Below the pieces are notes generated by a model that saw nothing but the letters and a program-made list of their open reading frames with translations, was not told the DNA's origin and made no database searches. A stretch of DNA of 64,000 nt from Camelus ferus (lineage: Eukaryota): positions 3,782,001 to 3,846,000 of the forward strand of contig NC_045708.1 of NCBI RefSeq assembly GCF_009834535.1, given 5' to 3'. The translations under genes and the position numbers were made by a program. Below, in pieces: positions 1-19,200 of this stretch (positions are counted from its first letter, which is position 1; the number at the start of each line of letters is the position of its first letter).

Positions 1-400
1 CCACTCACACGCACCAAGACCCTCGTCGCCCCGCACCGGCTCCAGCCGCAACATGCTTCTAACCCCGTTTCCAAAAGAGGATTAGAAGAAAAGTGCGTTC
101 CCTACTTGGGGAAGGGTCGCTCTGTAGAGAGCGAGTCAGATTCCTTCAGGAAAATCCGTGCGGACTGGCTCCGCCCTCACCTCATCGCACCCCGCTCCCA
201 CTGCCCACGTGCCCTCTTCCAAAACGCCCCTCCCGGCGGGGCCCCCTTTATAAACACATCCAGGCCCCCGGGGGTGATACGGATCTTCGTTCTCTGTGCC
301 CAAAACTCTCGCTCAGAAGCGACACCTGTCGCGGAGCGGGAAAGAGCCGCGCCACCAGCCCTCGGTTGTTAAAGGTGAAGATGGAGGCCAAAGCCCTTGG
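1..400. promoter_or_regulatory. CpG-rich edge, probably the upstream flank of the CHD5 promoter CpG island (CHD5 itself lies left of the window)
   Basis: Elevated CpG/GC in 1-400. The CHD5 assignment rests only on recalled synteny (CHD5 lies downstream of the RPL22 3' end in mammals). No CHD5 coding sequence is seen. Confidence 0.35.
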
Positions 401-3211
401 GAGCAAGACTGGAATTTTAAATGAGCGCCTCCAGTCTCTGCTGCAGCAAGCCTTAAAGCTACTCTAGAAACGCAAAAGTTTCAGTGGTGGGCAGGGCGGC
501 TGGCAGCCTAACCCTAGAAGAGCCAGTAGAGAGAGCACCCTCACTGCACTGCCTGGGGTCAGACACGTTTAGGGGTACCCACTGGACACCCAGTCGTCGC
601 CGGGATCCCACAGGCTCCACCTGACTTGGGAAGTCCAAAGCAGCCGGGAGGTCTCCTCTCTAGTTCCCACCCCTCTGGTCTTGGCTGAGCACCTGCTCCA
701 TCCAGGTGGGCATTCACCAGTACCCGTGCCACTGGCATCACCAGGAGGGCTCTTCCTTTCCTTGAGGAACCAGGGGAGTTGTGGGTGCTTGACAAGGACC
801 CCCAGTGCAAGACCTCTTGGAGAGGTGGCCACAACCCAATCCACAGTGAGTCCAAGCAGTGACCTGAAGGCGATGGATGGCCTGGAGAAAGCTCAAAGAT
901 GTGTGGCACATTTTTCCTAGCCCTTCTGACCTAATCAATTAAAAGCAAGCCCCAAACCAAAACTCCTCTTCATTCATTCCCCGGCGAGGGCAGGAGTGTC
1001 CAGCCTCCTGGATAAAGTGCAGGGTGCTGGGAATCCCTTCGTCTCCTGGATCAGTTTTAAGCCACACCAAGAGAGATGCTGAATCTGCTCTGGGCAGGCG
1101 GCCTGCAAGGGCAAAGGGAAAAGCAGCTGGTCGGGAGGCGGCTAAGAAAGCAAGGGCTCCTCCTGGTCTGAGGCTGTATTTCACCTCCTGGGCGTCTTAC
1201 TGGGGGAGCCCCAGCCACCAATGCTTTGGCAGGCCTGCCTTTGCCCTGGCAAGACTGCCTTCCTCTTTCCAGACCACCTGTCTTCCTGAATGTAAACCAT
1301 CCAGGAAAGAACCCTAAGCGCCCCCAAACTGCCCATCCCCTTAGTCACCAGCCTTGCCCCCAACCACCCCCGGATGGGATGAGGTCAGGACACTCACAGC
1401 TTCCCTGTCCCACTTTAGAGGAATTTTGACCTACAGTGTTTCCCATCACCGGGAAGACCCCCTACACACACACACACCCATGCACCATGAACCTTGGCTC
1501 CAGTTCCCAAGATGAGGTTGAGAGTCAAGACTTCATTCAAGGAAGAACTGTTCCAACTGCTTAATTTGGCAACAAATTAGAGTCGAGATGTTCATCACTC
1601 ATAATCCTCTCTCTGCCCTTGTTCTTCCATGTTCTCGTGAGGGACGCAGCCGGGTAATGTTACTTAATGACCAAGAACAGAGCAAAACAAATCTGGAGTG
1701 GCAGAAACAATTGGGCTTCTGACTGGAAAGCTCCAGTAATATTTAGAGGGGAGTTCTGATTCAACTATTAAATGTGCATTTTAATAACAATGGACCAAAA
1801 AACGACTGATGTTAAAAGCACTACCCTAAAAAGGTGAACATTCAATAAACTCTGCAGTTCCAGGAACAAGCCTGTTGTCATGATCGTAGTTTCAGGGGAC
1901 AAGATTCTCGTATGTGCTGATCAGAGCCTCTAACCATACCTCAGTGACAATTCCAAATCAAAACTTTAAACAATACTTTGTCTCTGTCCACGGTTACCAG
2001 AGGCCTGTCCCCCTTGGTAGTGCCAAATCTGTAGTTGTCTCTTGTCAGGGTCCCACTTAGGGGGTGGGCCCCCCTCATGAGGGGCCGGCACAGGGTTTGG
2101 TTTACCGCCTTGAGAAGCTGGGGCTAAGTCACAGGCAGGGCCAGGCAACGAGAGAGAGATGAGAACAGGCTGCCAAAGCCAGCTCCCAGGCTCCCAAGGG
2201 CATCAGTGACTGACCAGGGGACCGTTATCACCATACTGGGGTCTGGCTCACCATCCAGGATATCAAGTGACCCCTAAAAAGGCTGATGTCTCAGTACTCC
2301 AAAACATTCTGTAATTCTGACCAATTGTCTTAAAACACAGTTGGTATGATCAAAGCCTCCTGCTTCCCTGGTTTGCGACATACCCATGTTTCTGAACATC
2401 TGCACTCGGCACTGGCCAGCTAGGACTGCTCTATTTCAACACGCAGCTCTCTTCCCGAGCGCCACGAGGGCGCTACTCAGAAAAGCGCACCTTCACCACT
2501 GAAGAGCCACAGAAGGGGTGGCTGAGGCTTTTGAAAGGGAAACAACAAAATGAAGCCTGTAGGTGAGAGATGGTGTTGATCACAGCAAGGGTGAGGTGGT
2601 GTTGGAGGTGGGAGTCAGCTGAGAACAAATCTGTACTCACTTCCCATTTCACTACTTCCATGAACTTAAATCTCAGCTTGAAACTCTCCACAACCCAATC
2701 TGTTCCTGTGCCTTGATCAGGCAGGTGAGTCATGAGGCAGGAGAGAGCAAGACAGTGAAAAGGAAATTGGGCTAAAGTGTGGCTCAGACACAGCTGTTAT
2801 AACGGGGGCAACATAGTTCAAGTTCACACTGCACGTCCCCCGGCAGAACAAGTCATTTGTTTGCCAAGTTACTCTCTAGGCTCTGGTCTGAAGAAATTCT
2901 ACATGGAGAGTCTGTTACGGTCACCCCAGACTCTCACTGAGGCTCAGCAGCAGAACTAAGGTAAGAAAATGGGAATAAGACTCGTGTTCTTGTCAGACTT
3001 AATTGAAGTCCAAGGTCATTGTTCGTACAGCCATTAATCAGTGAGGACAAACCACCAAATTTTTGCTGCTAAACAGATTAACATGCCAATCCTTAAAAAA
3101 AAAAAAGCCTTGCACAATAGTAGCCATGTGTTAGCCACTTTAATATAAAATGTGATCAAAACTCAATTACAAGAGTTCAAAAAGGCATAGAAAAAACCAA
3201 TGAGTTTCCAT

Positions 3212-3217
3212 TTTATT
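3212..3217 (-). terminator. RPL22: RPL22 distal poly(A) signal AATAAA (long 3'UTR, about 1.7 kb)
   Basis: TTTATT on + at 3212-3217, followed on the minus strand by U-rich sequence. Confidence 0.65.
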
Positions 3218-4848
3218 ACAAGTTTTAAAATCTGGGTGTATTGGAAAAAAAAACTTATATGCTAATTTCAGCCCAGAGTTAATTTTTTTTTTTAACAACT
3301 AAACTAAGAATTACTACAAGGGTACATCAATAAACAAACAGTAGAATTTGCAAACCCAAGTCACAAACTTGCTAACAAAGTTAATCATGGTAAGGGAGAG
3401 CACCAAAGAGCAACTGATGCCTCAGTTAAATTTGAAAGAAACTCTGCCTTCTCTGAAGGCAGAGAAACATGCAAACAATTCTGCTTCAAGAAATTTGCAT
3501 AGAAATAGAAAATGCTAGAGCCTTTACCACAAATGAAATTGCAAAGCCTCAACATGTTAAATTCAATCCAAGGAGCACCAAATGTTACATTGGAGCCCAG
3601 GTACGTTTAACTTCCAGCTAAGCAACTAGCAAGAGCACAAGAATCTCAGATGGAAATGAGCTGCAGGCAAGCTCTTGAAAACCATGAATTTGACACACCG
3701 TTGTCTTGAGACAATAGACATTTCTGCAGAATTTTCAGAAGGGCACCATAAGGCATCAGGGTCTCTTTTCAATGTCTCTTGATTTTCTGTCAGCAACAAT
3801 TAGATCTTTACAACCTCGTTAATAACCCTTCACACATCTCTAGCCTCGGCACACATAGCAACAGAACCCCCAGTATCTCACAGGAACACCCCTTTCAGTT
3901 CAGTCCTGCTTAATGCCAGTTTGTAGAATGAGTTTTGACACCAAGCCCAGCCAAGGCCTAAATGGCACAGGAGCAACTACTCCCAGGGCATCTCAGCGCT
4001 TCTGCCTCTTCAGCACGAACTGTCTCCCAATCTCCTCTCTTCACACCTGCCCCTGTGGAAAGACTCCAGAGCTGGGGCATAAAGATTTCCAATCCCGATC
4101 CTGGGGCGCCTCAGATGCCCACCCCGGGAAGTTCTGCATCTCCAGCTCCCCCTGCTGGGGGTCAAAGTGACAGTTTGGCGCAAAGAATTGCAGAAACAAT
4201 GATTGTTTACAAATTCCTATTTCATAGACTTCTACTTAATTGAAAACCTGGGGTTTTTACAATTGGTCTTGGGACCCTTTCCTGAGGGGTAGAAGAACAC
4301 ACAGCAACGCCAGAGGACCACACGCCTACAGGAAGAAAAAGGATTAACATACATAGTAATTGTGTGCATCAAGAGTAATTGCAAAACAGAAAAAAGTAAT
4401 TTGTAACCACAAGATCAAGACAAACGCCCCAGAACCCTGCATTTTATTGACTGCCATTTTCCCAAAGGAAGAGAACTCGGAAACAAGTCACTGGTTCTGC
4501 TTTCAGTGAATGAGGAGTTTCCATGTTTGCATTCCTGAATCTTTGAGAAAAGTACCGGATGAAACTGACTCACCCTTTTTGGTGTAAAATAGTGACTAAC
4601 TGAACTGACATCTCCGCATCCTCATCCACATGCTCAATGTCAAATAGCAGTCAGTTCCCTCGAAGGAGTCTTACCCATCTATTTTTGGCATTACTACCAC
4701 AAGAATTGAAATCTTCAAGTAGAAAAAAAAGTCTAATTACAAGTGAGTGAGTGGCAGCCCAAGTGAAGCCCTCTTGCTATGCTTTCTGATTTTCTGTTCA
4801 GTCCACACTGCAGAGATACAAGGAAAACCACCATTTTGGTTCCTAAGT

Positions 4849-4854
4849 TTTATT
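4849..4854 (-). terminator. RPL22: RPL22 proximal poly(A) signal AATAAA
   Basis: TTTATT on + at 4849-4854, about 35 nt past the stop codon; typical of a short ribosomal protein mRNA 3'UTR. Confidence 0.75.
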
Positions 4855-4888
4855 CAATAATTCATACAAAATATTCCAGATAATTGTT

Positions 4889-11223
<6,335 letters not shown>

Positions 11224-11250
11224 GGCGGCAGCGGAGGCAGAAAGGGAGGT
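11224..11250 (-). promoter_or_regulatory. RPL22: RPL22 5'UTR with 5'-terminal oligopyrimidine (TOP/TCT) start
   Basis: The minus strand reads CCTCCCTTTCTGCCTCCGCTGCCGCC-ATG, a pyrimidine-tract initiator typical of ribosomal protein genes with a strong Kozak context. Confidence 0.85.
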
Positions 11251-11843
11251 GAGTGAACTACGCAGACGCAAAGAGCCCGCAGCGCGCAGAGCACGCCCGG
11301 CTCAGACCGTACCAATCGCTCTGCCACGCCCCCTCGGTCTCCACCATTTCGCCCTGTTCTGTACGCTCGCGAAGCGATTATTTTGCCTGAATGCAAAACC
11401 CGCCCTCTCACCCGCCCAGAGGATTCCAGGGGGAGGAAGGAGGCCGGGTGGCCTGTCCCACTGTGAATGATCGGAGGGGGGGAGCCAGAATGGACGAGCC
11501 CAAAGAAAAATAAAGGGGTTCTCTCTACATTTGAAAGTCTTAGAAAGAAAAAATAAATAAGGAAACTCAATAAAACATAAGTTTCCAGCTAGTGGGATGG
11601 GAGTTGAACCTGCTAATTTGGGGAAGTGAGGCCCTTCTGGCCCCTGGGTCTTAATGCCCGAGCGCACTTGGCTTCTTTCTATCCAAAGAGCCCAACCAGA
11701 AAGCTGGTGCCCAGGTGCTCTAGCCCTCTTTGCTGCAGATACACTCTTCACAACCTCAAGTTCAAGCCGCCTACCCTCCAATCACCACCTCCTAGCTTTC
11801 CTGTTCATGCCGAATAGTTTCCCAGTTCCAAAATCTCTTCTGC

Positions 11844-12003
11844 CAGCCCTTCTCAAACTGGCATCCCAGGAATCACTTGGGACTCTCGTTAAAATGCAGA
11901 TTCCAATTCAGTGGGTCTCAGTGGCTGGAGATTCTGCATTTCTCAAAAGCTCCCAGGAGATGCTGCTGCTTCTGCTGGCCCATGGACCGAAGTTGAGTGG
12001 TAA
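11844..12003 (+). mobile_element. MER5A-like hAT-Charlie DNA transposon relic
   Basis: CAG..TTCTCAAACT..GAATCAC.TGGGA..GTTAAAATGCAGATT...GCATTTCT.AAAAGCTCCCAGG.GATGCT..TGCTGG.CC..GGACC follows the recalled MER5 consensus layout. Confidence 0.75.
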
Positions 12004-12689
12004 GGTCCTTCATCCCCAGACCTATAGTCCATGGACTGGATCACTTTCACTCACTCTCACCCCCTCGTGTCCTTAGCATTTCCATTCCAGGGTCCTGAGT
12101 TGTAATCACGCAGTTACACACACCCTCTACTCTCTTTACCTGGCTGCCACGTATTCTCCTAGTAGAAGCCCAATCCTGGCTTATCATGGTGGAAGAAAAC
12201 AATGCTGACTGGTGTAGGTTTACCCTCAGGGTTACTCTGCCAGCTGACCAAGCTGCAAGCCCACCCTGCTATTCTTGACTACAAACCACATTTCTGCTTT
12301 GCCAGCTGCCCCTGCCTGGGTCCCTTTCAATGGGCTCAGAGGGAAGACTGGAGAAGGAAGAGACTTCTTTGTTTCCTTTCTGCTTGTTCCTGCTCTGTTG
12401 CTGTCACCTACTCCTGAGTCTTTATCCTGGTAGTACCACTTGCAACATTCCAGAAACAGCCATTGAATCCAGTCTGCAGTTATTCCAACACTTGTAGAAC
12501 CAGCCTCTTTTTCTTCTCCCCAGAGACACGAGCCCCAGCTGAGCAACACCTCCTCCACAAGATATCAGTTTCCTGGGCCCCCTCCTTCAAGCTTCTACAT
12601 TTTAATAAAACCAACCTAGTAGTGGCAGCAGCTTCCTGCCTGCAGTAGCTACGGTTCTTATTTCACCCCTCAAGTCACCTAGGATACAA

Positions 12690-14320
12690 GTCTTGCACCT
12701 AGTTAACAATCTTTAGTGTGCGTTCCCCCGACAGATACGTCTCCTAACTCTGACCAAGCCTTGGGGCTTCCTGACAATCCTCTACATGACTATTTCCCAC
12801 CTCTGATCAGATTGCCAGCCCCTTGCCCCAAAACCTCCCTCTTAGCTGATGACTTCCATTACTCTTTTTTTTGAAAACATAGAAGTAATCCAAAGAGAAT
12901 TTTCAGACACTCCCACCTTCACATCTAAGCGTCGAGCAACATCTTTACCCAACTCAGCCTTCCCTCCTGTTACTATGGAAAATGGGTCCTTGCCCCCACC
13001 TGAGGTCAACCCTGACATAAGGGCATTCATCTCGCATACTTCGGTCTACTTGAGGACATCACTCCAACAGTCCTTGCCCCCCACCCCATGAAATCATCTA
13101 TGTATCCTTTCTTCTGGATTTTCTCCATCAGCATGTAACCATTTTTTAAAATCTCCCATCTTAGCGGGGAGGGTATAGTTCAGTGGTAGAGCGCGTGCTT
13201 AGCATGCACGAGGTCTGGGTTCAATCCTCAGTACCTCCTTTGAATTAATAAATAAATAAAAACCTAATTATCTCCCCATCCCCCAAAAAAAGATTGAGAA
13301 AATCTCCCATCTTAAAACAGAAAAAGCAATCTCTCAACTCCCAACGTTTCCTGTCAATTACCACCCCCTTTCTCTCTTTACTATGGACTCAAAGTTTGTG
13401 TCCCCCAAATTCATAGTTGAAGCCCTAGTCCCATCGAGGTCACTGGTGACATCCCCCTGGTAAGCACTGGGGGCGGGTCTCGCTCCTCCTCTTCCTGCTT
13501 CTGTTAGCATCGGAAGCCACAGGTCACTCCCGCCTCCTTGATGACCCTTCTTCCCAGGGAGCCCCCAGCACCTCAGGCTTCTGTTAGCATAGGAAGCCAC
13601 AGGTCTCCTCCCACCTCCCTGGCTGCTCCTTCTGTGTCTCCTTGCTGCTCCTTCCTCCTCCCTGGGCTCAAGAAAGAGCCACAGGGCACAGAGCTCCTCT
13701 CACCTTTATCTGCACTTGACCTTTTGCATGCCCTGGACTCATGCCCTTAAACACGACCTCCCCAGTCTGTGTGTGCAGCCTCACCCTTCCCTGGACTCCT
13801 GCAGTCTCTAGTCTAGAGTGTCAAGCTGAGCACCATCACCTCCACAACACCACTCTCACCTCGCACCCTCCTCCCTACACTCAAACCCACAGCCCTCGCC
13901 CTCACTGTCCCCTCTCCGCCCTTACCCACTCCATCCTCAGCCTCACCCCCACCCTGAGTCCCTTCATCTCCACCCACATTGGTCTTTACTTTCCTCTAAA
14001 TATATTCCAACTGCTGGGACCTTGTACTTGCTGTTCCCTCAGCTTTGAACCCTTCCTGGCTTTTCTTGGTTCTGATTTCTTCTTATCCTCCAGAGGCTCT
14101 GCCCATGGTTACCTAGTGTGTCCTCAGCTCCACCCCCTCCCAGCTACCCTCCATCACATCATCTCACTTCTTTCCTTTGGAGCATTTAACACAGGCTGTC
14201 ATTATTGGACTTGTTTATTTGTGTACTTGGCTGATGTGTTCCCTTCTCTGTGCAGGGCCCACGGCAGATGCTCAGTAACTATTACTCAAATTGATGAAAA
14301 CCGGAACGGATGGGCTAAAG
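12690..14320. mobile_element. Degenerate L2 LINE fragments, interrupted by a young SINE
   Basis: Pyrimidine-rich decayed sequence ending in L2-3'-like GCAGATGCTCAGTAACTATT...TTGATGAA at about 14265-14300; boundaries are approximate. Confidence 0.5.
13164..13298 (+). mobile_element. Camelid tRNA-Ala-derived SINE (Vic-1 type), full length with 16-bp target-site duplication
   Basis: GGGGAGGGTATAGTTCAGTGGTAGAGCGCGTGCTTAGCATGCACGAGGTCTGGGTTCAATCCTCAGTACCTCC plus an AATAAATAAA..ACCTAATTA..CCCC..AAAAAA tail. AAAATCTCCCATCTTA is repeated at 13148-13163 and 13299-13314. Confidence 0.92.
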
Positions 14321-15049
14321 AAGCCCAAGTGTCAGGAACAAACAGCCACCTCCAGAGGAAAATAATGCATCATTTATTTATAAAGAACCCATCCAGTTCT
14401 GTATACCAGCTCTACCTCCTACTAGGGTAACATTTTCTACTTTGTAAGGTTGTCAGGATTAGATGAGAAAATACAAGTAAAAGAGCTTTGACTAGTATCT
14501 TGGCCCATAAACATTGACCATCGTTATTATGACTTGGAGAACAAATGGAACCAGGTCTAAGGAGGACCCTTAAAGGAATAAGTAGCTCCTGCCTAGAATT
14601 CACTTCCTTTCTTCCCCCTGGCAAACTTCTACTCATCCTTCAAAACCTAACTGGAATATTATCTCCTATTTTTTTTTTTTTTTTACCTATTAGTAAGATT
14701 TTATTGAGCGCCTTTTGTGGGTCAGGCTCTGGGCTTGACTGATTTCAAGAGGGTCAGAGACAGGGGCCCCTTCGCAGAGCTCACGATGACGTGTGCAGAA
14801 AAGGCGGGGACCCTGGAGAAAATGACACTCGGTGAAACAAGTACCTTCCGGGCCAAGAAAGGCAGAGGGGGGCCGGCAGGAGAGGCTCAGAGCTTCCTCT
14901 CTCACTCTCCTGCCCAAACCTACCTCTTCGGGGAGAACTGGCTGATGATGGGGGTGGGGTCTTAATTATTTGGAAGCTGAGGACGTTCATTTCACCTCAT
15001 TGAAGTCTCACCTCATCAACGGGAGGCCGCCCTGTTTAACCCGGCTCTG

Positions 15050-16200
15050 AGGCTCTAAGAGGTCAGGAACTTGGCCGAGAGTCCCGCCAGGCAGCCAAAG
15101 GCAGCCCTGGGATTCCAAGCGCTCTCACGGGATCTCCCAAACACGGGTGTCTGCGGGAGGGGAGGGAGGGGCGGCTGTTGCTCTCTGGCGCCCTCAACTG
15201 GCCGTCTAGGAAATGAGGCCGCGCGAAACCACTCCTGTCCCCCCCCCGAGTCCGACGGGACAGAGCCGGTCTAGCCAGGGGGACCGTGCACCCTCGAGGA
15301 GCCCGCAGCCAGGGTCCTCGGGCCCCGCTCTGCGCGGCGTTCCCGCGGCTCCAGGTTCCAGACTCTGTCATCCCGGGCGGGGTCCAGTCGGAACCTCGCA
15401 CCCTCGCCAGGAGCCGTCCTTTCCATCCGCGGGTTCCCGCTTCTCCTCCTCTGGGCGAGGTTTGGAGGGCCGCGACCGTGACCGGTGGCCGCCAGCCTGG
15501 GAAAGGTGGACAGGAGCACCGCGCCCGAGTAACGGTGCACCCAGCACGGAAGGAGTGTCGCCTGCAGGTCACCCAGAGGACACCGGGAGCAGAATTCCTG
15601 GGGTGGGAGTGAGGGGAGGTGGGAGAGGAGAGGCAGGCAGGGGGCGGCTGGGCGTTGGATAGGAAGCACTGCCGGCCTGCGGCCTGACCTTCCAGGGCAC
15701 CCCCCGGGAGAGGCGAGGAGGGCCAGCACAGGGCGCCCGCACGCCTCCCGGCGCACTCCCCCTGCGCCCGGCGCTCCAGCCGCCGGCCCCGGGCCCCAGC
15801 TGCTTCCAGCTCCACGACCGTTGGACGCCGGGTGGGGTCCATCGGGAGAGGTAGGAGGGAGCCAGGGACGGGGCAGACAGGCGGCGGGAGCTCGCGCGGT
15901 CTCCGCGGACAGACTCCCGCACCAAGGGCGCCCCGCCACCTTCCTGCGCTGTCCCCGAAGATGTCCGGAGCTATCTTCGCTCCCCTGGAGGGCCCGAGCG
16001 CGCTGGACGCGGCAAGCGGCCACCCGCTTGTGTGCCCGCTGTGCCACGCGCAGTACGAGCGCCCGTGCCTGCTGGACTGCTTCCACCACTTCTGCGCCGG
16101 CTGCCTGCGCGGCCGCGCCGCTGATGGCCACCTCTCCTGCCCGCTGTGCCAGTGAGTGCCTCCAAGGCCCCGAGGAGGGGAAACTGGCTCTACCTGAGCA
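15050..16200. promoter_or_regulatory. RNF207: RNF207 promoter CpG island; probable non-coding exon 1 ending at 15850 (GAG|gtagga)
   Basis: CpG-dense. Candidate donor at 15851 and acceptor ...TCCCCGAAG directly before the ATG at 15961. Confidence 0.7.
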
Positions 16201-19200
16201 GGGACCTACGTGCAGGAAGGGCAAGGCTCTGACTCCTGGTGGAGAAGGCTAGGAGAGGTCTGCACCCAGCTGGTACTTCTCCAACGGAGAACGTGAAGCC
16301 TCCCACCCATTTTACAGATCAGGATAACTGAGACCTGGGGTTATCGCCCAAGGCATCCCACAGAAAGTCAGGGGACAAGGACGGACTACAAGGCATGCCC
16401 TGTCCACCCAGTGCTACTGGAATATGGGAATCTCAGCACAGCTTCAGAACACTCTCAATCAGTAACTCACCTGGGGGTCCTGAAGTCTTAGGTCAACATA
16501 AGCATGTTATGTTGGCTCAGGTTACCCAGGGTGGCCCTAAATTTGCCCAATGCAGTGAGAAGGAGTTGAAGGGGAGGCTTTTGCCTTTGGCACCCTGGGT
16601 TGCCAACCCCGTCCCAGGATTTCCCCAGGACTGGAGAGGGACAGGGTCAGAGTGAGCAGTGGCTGAGATATTTATAGATGTCAGGCCTGCAGGCACCCCA
16701 CCTCTCAGTCCTATTTTCAGTTCCAGCCTGGAATGTATGGGGCAGGAAGTGGTAGGGTGCCTTGGGGAAGGGGCATCTGGATCTTGGCTGAAGCTTCTCC
16801 GCAGATACCAGACGGTGGTGAAGGGCCCCAGCGGGCTCCCTCCAGTGGATCGGCTGCTGCAGTTCCTGGTGGACAGCTCAGGAGATGGCCTGGAGGTGGT
16901 GCGCTGTGCCAACTGTGACCTGGAGTGCGGCAAGCAGGCAGGGGTGCCTGGGGGTGGGCTGGGGAGCGGAGAGTGCCAGGTTGCACAGTCCTGATGCTTG
17001 GAGTGTTGCCAACATGTCCTCAGAGGGTTATCCATCAGTGGATTCTCCAGCACTTCTCTCAGCCACCCTGTATCCAGAATGTGGGCCCGTTTTACTGGCG
17101 TGGAGACTGAGGTCGAAAACAACTGACTTGAGCCAACAGCCAGATAGTTGCAGAGATTAAGACCATTTCAGTTTAGGGGGAGCTTACTGGTCCCCAACTC
17201 AGGGTGGAGTTGTAAATTGGAACAGGAAGGGCAGTCCAGTGCACAGACCTGGGCCAGCTCTCCAGGGTCCACTGCTACCTGGGTAGCTGTGCACAGCTAT
17301 CTGCAGCCCAAGGGGAAGTGAAGACAGTGTGCTGCTGGGGATGGGTGATCCTGAAAGACCAGGGAGCAGAGATCAGGCTTCAGGCTGGACTGTGAAGGAC
17401 ACGCAGGACTCTCTCCAGCCTGTGAAGGCTGAATGGGGTATTCCAAATCCAGAAGGATGTCCCTGCAGGAGCAAAAGTTTGGGGTGTACTGGGCAAATTC
17501 TAGGATATGTGTTACCCAGAAGTACAGACAACCAGCAGGAGGTGAGGGGCTGAAGGTAGAGAGAGCGTGGGAAGGAAATGGCTTGAGTGCCAAAGGAAAG
17601 AGTTGTGGGGTGATGTCTGTACTTTCTTAGCCGTTGCTGGAGTCAATGCCCTGGACTCTCAGCCCTGGGGAAGGGCACCTGCACACCGTCACTCCTATTC
17701 TCCTCCCAGCCAAGTGCCGACCATATGGCTGGAGTGAGCACAGCCATTTGGCTCCTATTGAAGGTACCAAGGGAAGTTTGAAAGGTCTTCACACACACAG
17801 ACACACACACGGTTTTGTTGTAGGTTAAATGTTTTCCAAATGCAGTGTCTGCCCTCCCCACAACCTCATATAACCCCCTCCCCATGCCCGTTTTGGGTAC
17901 CTGCCTTTTACTGGACCTGCTTACCTAGTCTCTGGGCAGCGGTATTCCCATCTGTCAAAGGGGTATATTAGGGCGCTGCGCGTCGGAATCCCATGAAAGG
18001 GCTGCAGTTGGCCGCGAGCCTGCCCCAGGCTGCAACTGATTCGCGCAACGACGTGTGGAGGCTGCAGTTCCCTCGCGGGCTGTGATCGGGCTCAGGTTCC
18101 CAGTCCATGGGCGGGCTGAGCCCGAGCTCTGTGCGCAGGACGCGGAGACCACGTACTTCTGCAACACCTGCGGGCAGCCGCTGTGCGCGCGCTGCCGCGA
18201 CGAGACGCACCGGGCACGCATGTTCTCGCGCCACGACATCGTGGCCTTGGGCCAGCGCAGCCGCGACGTGCTCCAGAAGTGCAGTGAGTGCGGCGGGCCG
18301 CGTAGGGACCGGCGCCGGGGCCGCGAGTGGGGATGGGGGCGGCACCGTCCGGAGCCATCACTGCCGCCTCCGCCGCAGCGCTGCATGCCGAACCCTACAT
18401 CATGTTCTCCACCGACAAGAAGTCGCTGCTGTGCATCCGCTGCTTCCGGGACATGCAGAGGTGGGGAGAGGGCGCGGGAGGTGGGGGGGCTGGAGGGCGG
18501 CCCGGAGCGGGGCTCACCCGCGGGCTCCCCGCAGGGAGAGCCGGGCCCACTGCGTGGATCTCGAGTCGGCGTATGTGCAGGGCTGCGAGCGGCTGCAGCA
18601 GGCGGTGCTGGTGAGCGCGGGGTGCCTGGCGCCGGGGCTGGGGTTGGGAACGCACGCCCACGAGACTGAGGCCGCCCTGTTCCCAGGCAGTGAAGGCCCT
18701 GCAGACCGCCACGCGGGAGGCCATCGCGCTGCTGCAGGCGATGGTGGAGGAGGTGCGACGCAGCGCAGCCGATGAGGAGGCCGCCATCCACGCCCTCTTC
18801 GGCAGTATGCAGGTGAGGGGCAGGGGGGCAGGACGGCCATAGGCTGAGCATCCTTATCAAACATGACCCGGTGCCCAGGACACAGCGCAGGCCCCACAAG
18901 GCGCCCTTGTGGAGTTTCCAGTGCAGGTCAGCAAGCATTGAGCTCCTTCCAGGAGCTACTTCATCTCAGGTGCCAGGAGAGTTCTAGAAGGGGAGCAAGG
19001 CCCTGCCCCAGGCTGATGGTGAAAGGTGGTCAGGAAGACGTCCTTCGGGGGTGACAGTAAAGGGAGGGCCCCAGGGCTCTCAGGCAGTGGGATGCTAGAA
19101 GGAGGCAGCAGAGCTGGTAGGCTGGAGAGATGACCAGCCTAGCCAGCTGTGTGGCTGGGGCCCAGGGGAGTGGGAGAGCCGTGGGAGGTGGCAGTCAGTG

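Noticed and set aside
2458-2476. CTCF-like CCACGAGGGCGCTA
   Set aside because: It lacks the core spacing (the AG at the key positions), so the match is too weak.
13166-13238. tRNA-Ala(AGC)-like cloverleaf (also at 23777-23850 and 27155-27229)
   Set aside because: Each copy has an A-rich SINE tail, one has a clear 16-bp TSD, and all carry substitutions in the stems or boxes. They are tRNA-derived SINEs, not tRNA genes.
13741-14430. 229-aa ORF
   Set aside because: It lies in C/T-rich decayed L2-like sequence and has a biased Ser/Pro/Leu/His composition.
15063-18938. Long antisense ORFs over the RNF207 5' region (317 aa, 327 aa, 259 aa)
   Set aside because: Shadow frames of GC-rich coding exons and CpG islands.
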